A stretch of DNA of 64,000 bases from Epithemia pelagica (Eukaryota > Protista > Bacillariophyta). The position numbers and the translations under genes were made by a program. A model generated the notes under the pieces. It saw nothing but the letters and a program-made list of their open reading frames with translations, searched no databases and was not told the origin of the DNA. The DNA lies in contig OX337234.1 in assembly GCA_946965045.2 (NCBI GenBank), positions 1 through 64,000 of the forward strand. Direction: 5' to 3'. Below, piece after piece: positions 55,801 through 64,000 of this stretch; position 1 is the stretch's first letter; each line of letters starts with the position of its first letter.

Positions 55801-56968
55801 TGTGTCAGGAATGAGGGACTCCACGTCTTCGTTACGGCGGTACTTCAACACTCGAGACATTTCTAAAGACGTAATCAAGGACCCCGCCGTAACAATGTCG
55901 TTCTATCCAGTAGAAGGTGCCAAAATACCAAGTGAAGACAGCCTGCAAGGTAGAAAGAGTGCAGGTGGTATAAAACCACCACCCGATGCGCCATTGGATA
56001 ATGACTCGATGGACACAAAACCACCGGCAAAGATTGACCCGACTGCTACCAACAAAGACCATAGCTCAGGACCTGTTGGAAATAGCGCCAAAGGACGAAA
56101 GGCGAACAAGAATGTCAGTCCCTATACCCTAACGACACACGGAGAAGACACAACTCCAGCCAATGCAAACCGAATTGTCTATGTCACCATTGATGATCGT
56201 TACGATGACGATTCGGTTGATGCATCTATTCCGCCACCAGAAGAACCAGACGAAGACAGTGATGAAATCATCAACCGTCTACTAGATGATGAATGGATGG
56301 ACAACAATGACGACGATGATGGACTAGTCGACGTCCAAGATGACTTTGAGGTAAACTTCGAGGATGGAACAGGGTTGGTGGACCTGAATGAGAGTGATAG
56401 GAAGAATAACGAGAAAGATACAGTGGTTGAAGAAGACATGGTGGCTCCAGGTGATGTTGCTGCTGAAGATGACGATGCCGACGATGTACTTGTTGTCACT
56501 CCACCAACAAAGAGAAAGACCAATCAGAAGTTGAGCTCGAGTAAAAGGCGCAAGAGAAAGTGCCCACCCAATCCCAGCAGTGGTAGTGGCAAGAAAAAAT
56601 CTAAATCGTCCATTGGTAAGAAGCCAAAACCCAATACACCAAAACGGAAAAAACCAACGGAACCAGTACGCTTCTCTCCCCGGAATAAGAAGGGTGCGGC
56701 ATCAAAGCAACAAACTATCGATACTATGGCTGGTGTGGCAAGTGCACAAAGCAGGAAGAAGAGCATCAGGGGAAAGAAGGACGACAAAGAAGAAGACCAG
56801 GGCGAGGATGAGGTTAGTGAGCAAGGGGATAGTATGGACAATGACGATACATTCGTGGATAGTGATGGAAATGAGGATGATGACGAGTACGAAGATGAAG
56901 ATGAGATGAAGGAGAACGAGAATGACGAGGAGAACAACGATGAGAACGACGAGGAGAATGATGAATAG
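52893..56968 (+). CDS. hAT transposase with an apparent frameshift near 53243-53260
   Basis: BED-like finger CPLC...HVLKHH, catalytic-type motifs CHDIW and VNDNT, CDMH (CxxH), NDTRV, and dimerization region WW...PATNAFQERIFS. The upstream ORF (ATG 52893) and the main frame overlap after a stop at 53240-53242. Confidence 0.88.
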
Positions 56969-57056
56969 TGATGAGTAGTATGCAAGCAAAGAATGAATGA
57001 ATGAAGAGTAATGAGTGATGACAAAGATGAAATTAGGTAACAAACTAGGAGAGCGA

Positions 57057-58829
57057 TTAATATTTGTGAATCATTGTCATTATCTTCTTTCTGACAGGGT
57101 CGCTGACTCGGTCTGTCTTTGTCAATGCTGCTATAATTTTGGATTTTGAGTCTATGGTACTGCAATGTTGACCGAATGCACCAAATAGGGGGTTTATTGC
57201 GTACCACTTGTCTTGGGGCAACCATGATTCCAACACTTTGGAACAGGCAATACCAACAATGCCGGTGGGAGTCCACGAGAGATGATCGGCCCACCGGATC
57301 ACGTGAATATCCGCAGGTATGCCATCAACTCGGTGAAATGCTTCTTCGATGACGATGCATGCAGTTTTATATCCAATTCCGTGTAGTTTCGTAAGCTCAT
57401 AGATTGTTATGTCTTCAGGTATTTTACCACCGTGGTACTGACAAAAATAATCTGCAGCGTTGACAATCCTCTCTGTGTTGTTGTAATACAGTCCTGATTC
57501 CGAAAGAAGGCTACAAAAAGCATTCATGCCAAATTGTTGGGCAATGTCGATTACTGCATTTGCCGAAGTGAGGCCACATGCAAACAAGCGTGGGATTATT
57601 GAGCTCAGTTGGGAATCGGACGTGCTAGAGCTCATGCAGATTGTGATTAATATCATGAAAGGCCGATCAGCAGTAGGGTCATCAGTGAATTGGAGCCAAG
57701 CAGTCCACTTATCACGTGGAGCAAATATTCCTTTCTCTTTAAGCTCAGCATGAAAAGACATCATTTGGGACAATTCCGAAATACGTTGTTGTCGAACGGT
57801 TTCTTCCACAGGAGTAATACGAAGTGAGCATCGAGCGGGTGTTGTTAGGTTTGGAGGGTCTCCCGGTTGATGTCGTCTGTCCGGATATTGTATTTCTTCT
57901 TTAGAATGCGAAGTAGATTGTAAGAATTGGGAAATGATTGCGTTGCGGTATCGTGTTGAATACGAGTGTGTGGAATACTGAACCGACGACTTTTTGGGAT
58001 ATTGTTGTTTTCTTTGACGTGATTTCGGAGTCGTTTGTTTGGTTCTGTTATCGTCATCCGTATAATTGTTGTATGGGATTGTGTGGTCCAATGGTTGTGA
58101 ATTGTCCTGTGATTTGGGAGTTATATGTTCGGTCGAAAATGATGCCACCAATTTAGAGACATAAAGGTTCAGGGACAGAGGGAAACAGAATTCTGAATCG
58201 GTAGACTTGTCCTTTGAATCTTCGACGTAGTAATCGACGATCATTTCCTGCGGGACTTGTTTACAGACAATAGGTACACCGGTACGGAAGAACCAGGATG
58301 ATACAATCGAATGAGCCTTGGAAGGGGGGCGTGGTGGGCTTGGTTTTTTTCCGTAGGTAAATTGAAGGCAGTCCCAATAGTGTTGGTTCTTCACTACGGT
58401 AATGTTTGGACGACAAGAAATTGAAAGAAACAGTCGATTGGAGAAGAAAGGTTCGTCTGGAACAAAGAAGTGTTGGTAGGAATCGATGGATTGGTGAGGG
58501 GAATATCCATCCTTGAGGGTCCGTATAATAATTCCAACAATCAGCTGGACTCGTTCGAAGAAAATGAACTCCGAAATCCGGCATGTGTGTGTGCGAGATT
58601 GCCATGTATTCTTTTCTTGGAATTGGATATGTCCGTTGTTGCGAAGGAGCCATGCGATGGTTTGGCTTTGGACGGCACGTCGTAGAGCATTCGACGTCAT
58701 GGAAGCTTGTTGAGTGGTTCTCATGAAGTCGTACATGAACGAAAAAAAGGCCTCATTGGAATGTAGACAGTAAATTGGGAAGCATTTCGATTCGAAACGG
58801 ATGCAATTGCGTTCAACATAGTCATCCAT
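57057..58829 (-). CDS. HhH-GPD DNA glycosylase (endonuclease III/Nth-like) with long N-terminal extension; hAT cargo
   Basis: Motifs FMILITICMSSSTSD, GLYYNNTERI, HhH LTKLHGIGYKTA (catalytic Lys position) and GIPADIHVIR (catalytic Asp position). No complete 4Fe-4S Cys motif. Confidence 0.85.
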   Translation of the reverse strand: MDDYVERNCIRFESKCFPIYCLHSNEAFFSFMYDFMRTTQQASMTSNALRRAVQSQTIAWLLRNNGHIQFQEKNTWQSRTHTCRISEFIFFERVQLIVGIIIRTLKDGYSPHQSIDSYQHFFVPDEPFFSNRLFLSISCRPNITVVKNQHYWDCLQFTYGKKPSPPRPPSKAHSIVSSWFFRTGVPIVCKQVPQEMIVDYYVEDSKDKSTDSEFCFPLSLNLYVSKLVASFSTEHITPKSQDNSQPLDHTIPYNNYTDDDNRTKQTTPKSRQRKQQYPKKSSVQYSTHSYSTRYRNAIISQFLQSTSHSKEEIQYPDRRHQPGDPPNLTTPARCSLRITPVEETVRQQRISELSQMMSFHAELKEKGIFAPRDKWTAWLQFTDDPTADRPFMILITICMSSSTSDSQLSSIIPRLFACGLTSANAVIDIAQQFGMNAFCSLLSESGLYYNNTERIVNAADYFCQYHGGKIPEDITIYELTKLHGIGYKTACIVIEEAFHRVDGIPADIHVIRWADHLSWTPTGIVGIACSKVLESWLPQDKWYAINPLFGAFGQHCSTIDSKSKIIAALTKTDRVSDPVRKKIMTMIHKY

Positions 58830-59593
58830 TTGTTTGGGTATTAGACATCAAAGGTCAGAGGTGCAAAAGGCGGTGAAGAGGTGCGAGGATCGAGGATACA
58901 GCAGCAAGACTTTGTGCTCTGTGGTATGTGTTACTGAGAGTTACTAAGTATCGTGTAGTTTTCACTGCTGACTACGTGAATTAAGTGCTAAAGTACATAA
59001 GGAAAGTAGAGCTAAATTACCTATGAATGTGTAATTTGACGGGTACTTTCGAAAGTACCTCTTGTAAAGTGATGAAGTACTTAAGTCCCTAATGAAAGTA
59101 CATACCGGTTGGGTGGAGGTACTTAAGTACCTAAATGAAGTACTTACTGGTTACTGCAGATGCCTTGGAAGGAGTAATGATCCGATTGATAGTTGGGATG
59201 AGTACTTCTTCTTACTAAAGTATTTCAGTCTAAATTGTAGAGTGTACTTTTTAGTCATTATTCCGCTGTGTATTGAATTCTTATAGTAATTTTAAGTACA
59301 AAAGTACTTACTAATCAATTCTTTAGTGTACTTGAAAGGACTAAAGTCCTCTAAAAACTCGATATTTGGTACTTCACAACTCTGATCCCGAGTCCCGATA
59401 GGACAAAGCTTATCGTGAAAAATCCAACAAACAAGAACCAACGATTAGAAAAAAGGTACATCGTTCTATGGTATTGATCGTGGTCGACTTGTTATTAAAA
59501 AGCCCAGATAACAGATAAAATATAATGTATTATTGTGCTATCACAACACTTTCATCTTGGAACAGTGAGCTCCATCATAACAAACTTACAATA

Positions 59594-60885
59594 CTCCCGA
59601 TTAGGCACACCCAGTTTTTTATCCGGTCGCTCTTCGCGACCAACATTTTCATTTTCGTTTTTTTGCGTTTTTAATGAAAATTTCTGGTCAAAATGAAAAT
59701 GATCACGCCGGCCTTCTGTGTCACCCTTTTGAAATCTTGTGAGCAGACGTGCGCGCTTTGACCGTTGGTCTTCTCGTTCGTCCTCACTTTCCCCTGCCAA
59801 TCCACACAATTTTTTCTCGTCTTCTTCTCTTCTCCCTCTTTCTCATGGACAATGGACATGCACCATGACCATGCATTCTCTATCATGCATACCACTGACA
59901 TTTTTGACATGAATAGACCATAGATAGAGTTTGGCTGTGCCCCATCCCTCCTTTTTCTAGTGTTTCTTTCTCCTGTAGTTCTCGGTTTAAAAGCACACCC
60001 TCATCCACAACACCTTGTCTATGCTGTAGGCATGTCTCTTTGCAAGCAATTGTGACCTTGAGCTAAAACTACACCCTACACCCCTATTTGGAATGACTCT
60101 CTTCGTGCTTTTGTTATGGAGCCTGCAGAGTCCCAAATGCTGCTCAGAAACACCAGCATGCTCCGGGCAAAAAAAGAACAAGAGGAGCAAGTCGACAACA
60201 CAAGCAACTGAAGACTCAATCTGAGCAACAGATGATTTGCACCACTAATTCTATCTCACTGAGCTTTAAAACTCTATATAATACTAAAAGAATCCTACAA
60301 TTGATTTTAGCTGCCGCCCATTGAATGGACCAAAAATGGATGTTATACGGCACAAACACATGGCACTATGGCAAAGAAGTGAGAGAACCTATCCCAAACC
60401 ATTGTCCAATTCCAATGCAGGGGTTAAGCTATGTGGAACTTACCATGCTGACAAAGATGAGATGCTCAGTGCTCAGTGATGAAGCATGAGGCCGTTTTGG
60501 TGTTGTTGTTGGTTTGGTCGTTGCCCCATTTTGTTTTCTGCGTGGGTTTTGTGGCCTCCGGACCGGACCGGAGTCTTGTTCAGCAGCACGCCTGCCAACT
60601 TCCAACTGCCATATCACGCAAGCCTTTCCAGAGGGATGTGAAATTTTTTTCTAGACAAGCTGAAGTTTTTGGTGAGCGGGACAGACCATGAAAGAGTTGA
60701 CAGGTAGACCACTGGTGCCAAAAAACTGGGTGTGGTTAATCGGGAGTGATCATGTTCGAGCTGCTACAGAGAACCTTTCACATTCACATTTTACATTGAA
60801 ATTTTCATTAAAAACGCAAAAAAACGAAAATAAAAATGTTGGTCGCGAAGAGCGACCGGATAAAAAACTGGGTGTGCCTAATCGG
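59594..60885. mobile_element. Non-autonomous TIR element (MITE-like) with ~88-bp inverted repeats
   Basis: 59597-59684 is a near-perfect inverted match of 60798-60885. A second partial right end lies at 60720-60746. No coding capacity and no clean TSD. Confidence 0.75.
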
Positions 60886-61931
60886 TCGGCTGTCGGCTGT
60901 AGTGTCTGCCAAGGTATTTCACGTTTCACTAGAAAAGATTCTGGTGATCTTATCTTCTGAAATGCCAGATTCCATCGTCGTCCATTCAGTCCCATATAGT
61001 GCACATAGTAGAAGACATCCGATCCATCTACCGATGTTACTCCTACTCCTACTCCTACAAAAGAAGATGAACTCCTTGCTAGGAGTACCTTAGAACAAAC
61101 AACTACTCCTAGAGGTACTCCTAGAGGAGTAGGAGTAGCAGCTACTCCTAGCAGCCGATGCCGCGAAACAACGCGTTTCATACGCATGTGGGTCGCTTTA
61201 GATATTCTGGAGATAGTTTGCGTGATCGTAGAACGGCTCATACTTGCAGGTTACGACTAGACCTTACAGGCAACTCTTTTTTTCAACACATATTGCAAAA
61301 GGGAGATCTCATCATCGTGCCGTCTCCATTGATACGTCGATGACTGTTGTCATAAACAGCGATGACGACAACAAGAGCTGACACAGTATCCATGGTGACG
61401 ACAATGGCAGTCATTACTCCGAACCAATGGCAATGCCAGATTACCACTTGCTTGGGCGGTGGCTCCTCATGGAAAATTGAAATGCTTCTCTCAACGTGGA
61501 TGCACCAGAACATATCCATCCGGGTTTTGCATGCCCTGATGTGTCATAGAGGAAAACACTGGACCAATTTCCTTGTGTAAGAATTCTCAAGACAAGCCGT
61601 AAGAGACCCAAAACTCTCAAACGACCGTGCTGCATCTTCTTTTTGTGGCGAAAGGACCTTGCTGATTTTCCAGTTTGGGTTACCCCTTGTTTGACAATAT
61701 CTTCGAGACCCAAACCAACAGGAATCGTTTGCTTTGATGGACTGCCTCTATTTGGTTTGCTTGGTCACACAGCGCAGGGACTGTCTCAGCACACATGGCA
61801 TACAAAACATGCATGTCGTATCAACGAGATGTTTGGTTATTATGCTTGTGAATTGCGTTGTGGCCCGTGTGGATCTAGGTCCAAACTTTACCAACATTAT
61901 TGTACTAACGCGTGGAACCACGGGTATTATC

Positions 61932-62315
61932 TTAGTAACAGTCATCGTAATCTCCTTCGCAAACACTGTCGCAGTCACCTCCTTTGCCGCCTTTGCCAGT
62001 CAATGGACGACGGCCACGTCGGCGACTGCCTTTGCCCTTGCCACTACCCTTGCCACATCCCCCCTTGCCTTTTCCGCCGTCCTCAGAACCCGGCAATCGT
62101 CGTCCAGCCGTGGTGGTTGTTTCCGTCGTCGCCGCCACCAAGTCTTGCACCTCCATCATTTGGGAGTCTTCCATATCACCCAACGCATGCTCGAATTCAT
62201 TGGCAAACTCCGCAACCTTTCGCTGACGGCCTTGCAAGTTACCTTGACGATCCTGCTGGGCCACGGTGAGGGCCAGAACCGAACAGAGAGTAAAGATAGA
62301 GGTTGAAATCTTCAT
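61932..62315 (-). CDS. Small secreted Gly/Lys-rich protein with an RRL motif, silaffin-like
   Basis: Signal peptide MKISTSIFTLCSVLALTVA, an acidic propeptide-like region, GRRL, then GKGKGGCGKGSGKGKG and an acidic/Cys tail. Confidence 0.6.
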   Translation of the reverse strand: MKISTSIFTLCSVLALTVAQQDRQGNLQGRQRKVAEFANEFEHALGDMEDSQMMEVQDLVAATTETTTTAGRRLPGSEDGGKGKGGCGKGSGKGKGSRRRGRRPLTGKGGKGGDCDSVCEGDYDDCY

Positions 62316-62822
62316 GACTTGTTTTCTTCCTCAAGGTAGCGGATGCTTTGTTTACGTGCCTTTGCAATTCTTGAATGCTTGCAAATTATGAGACGTCTCG
62401 TGTGGGCAATCGAAAGTTGCTGAAACAGTTGCTACACGATTCCATCTTTCCGAATTTGTCGTGCTCTGCACATGGTCATTGCTAGGTTTGGGTTTTGGAG
62501 AATTTGTTGAACAACCTTGTATGTGCCAGGTTACATGCTTCATTGTTTGTACTCATCAATTTGCTTGTTTCTCGACTCTGGACATAACGTCCCGATCTAC
62601 AACGGAGACATTAGGTTGCAAAAATTCGTCGTGCCATCTCCTAAAGCGAGTCCATGTCAACGGGTGGGGCTAGTCTATTTGGTGGCGGTGGACTCTGGTG
62701 TTGTGCTCCGTTTGGCCAACATCGGGGGCAAAAAGAGTCTAGATATCTCTCTCGATGGCTATAGCATTCGACTCTATCTTGGAAAATTGAAAATTTGTCG
62801 TGTCGTTCACTCTAGGTCATTC

Positions 62823-63851
62823 TTATGACCAGACAAGGAATGCTGCACAAACCTGTATTGCTTCCTGCTTTCGAAACCAAACATGTTTGGTTCTTGATTG
62901 GTATGGTGCGACGGAAGATAACAACATCATGGTAAATGTAAGTGCTGGATTTGGTTGGGATGGTGTTGTTAGCCTCCCCTTTGGTCTCGGATGGAGCGCG
63001 ACTGTTAAATCGCGCGCGTCGGTGTGGGAATTGAACCTCCTTAAACCATTTGCCACAAAAACCAGTCCCAACGGAAAACGGAGGCTAAGATCCTGATAAA
63101 CTTCTCTCGATTCAACAGGGGTTAGACAGATAGGTAGGATAGGTAAAAGGCTCGCTGAGCCGACAATCGAATCACCAACCGATACAACAATCCTCCACGG
63201 GTCAGAGAAGAGTTGCAAGTCGAAGTCTGCCGTGGGTGGGGGCAGTCGGTCCACTGATAAGAGGTAAGTCTTAAGATGAGTGTTAAAATGGTGATATTAA
63301 TGATTGTGAGACGATTACTAACTAAGGTGGTTGATGGTGCCGAAGTCCTGGCTCTTGCATACGGCCATGGATCTGGTGTGATAGGTCCTCACTGGTTGGA
63401 GTAGACCGGCATTGGTGTATATTGAATGTATAGGGTGATGGATAACATGTATGGGATGCAACAGCTCTTGCTTTGTCGTGGTATAAGTCTTGTCCTGGGC
63501 GCGTTGCTGTTTGCATTCTTGGATTTGTGGGAACAGAGATATGGTCTCGCGTGATCGTGATTCGTGCTTTGATTACATAGACCGTTAGGTCGAATCGTGG
63601 ATGCGCGTACTCGGATAGTAGAGGCGCGCACTTGATCGTTTTGGGCGCGCACGTGTTGGGCCATAGTTAATATCCGAGCGGTCGCCGATAACGCGTGCAC
63701 TGCGAGCATGCCGTGGCCAAATTTATAGTTTCGCGAGCATGCCGACATTCATTTCTCACTTTTAGGAAAATGTCATCGGATGCCATAAAATACTAGCATC
63801 ATTCGATGAGTTGTAGGTTTCGCCACCTAGTTTTCGGTGAGAATCCTAACA
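62823..63851 (-). mobile_element. Second family D-like element end with a short ORF (62823-63254)
   Basis: Terminal ~50 bp homologous to 14352-14401, a CGCG-rich leader, and an ATG about 600 bp inside the terminus. The left boundary is unknown. Confidence 0.45.
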
Positions 63852-64000
63852 CTCCCCACAATTCGTCGAATGAGGATTGTCAATTCCCTCATCACTTTCC
63901 TGGATTTTTCCTCTCCAGAATAACAAAGATCTGAGCATGGGCCAAACTGCGGCGAATTCCCAATGTTTACTGAGGATATCAGCTGGGTTTGTCTTTCCAT

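Larger units (their letters stand above)
52309..59384 (+). mobile_element. hAT DNA transposon with both ends intact, 7076 bp
   Basis: Perfect 21-bp TIRs CAGAGTTGTGAAGTACCAAAT (52309-52329) and ATTTGGTACTTCACAACTCTG (59364-59384). Exact 8-bp TSD ATCCCGAG at 52301-52308 and 59385-59392. Confidence 0.97.

Noticed and set aside
47788-59408. TTTGTCCTAT / ATAGGACAAA as TIRs of the MULE-like element
   Set aside because: The match is only 10 bp, does not extend, and has no TSD.

Overview
This is the left end of a eukaryotic chromosome. The host is most likely a diatom, inferred from plastid-targeted bestrophin-like genes with SAF-type bipartite leaders and from silaffin/cingulin-like secreted proteins. 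A (CCCTAA)n telomere (1-539) is followed by a ~15.3 kb head-to-tail array of minus-strand elements from three diverged subfamilies (A, B, C). They encode a zinc-finger + tyrosine-recombinase-like + RecQ-like SF2 helicase + Zn-knuckle fusion protein; the shorter copies retain only the N-terminal part. Only the telomere-abutting copy is complete. All five copies keep an intact centromere-side terminus ending CCTTA|GGG, and three proximal copies plus an unrelated element are cut exactly at the GGG where the next copy joins. This suggests a one-ended element that replaces chromosome ends, which is the lead finding. Proximal to the array are: a Transib/RAG1-like DDE gene with a convergent partner ORF; a mirror-image block of host genes (MATE>, <bestrophin, bestrophin>, glycosyltransferase>, <MATE); biosilica-type secreted proteins; a polyQ protein; a MULE-like transposase; a 7.1 kb hAT transposon with both ends intact (21-bp TIRs, 8-bp TSD) carrying an endonuclease III-like DNA glycosylase; and a MITE-like element. 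All family assignments come from motifs read by eye; no database searches were run.
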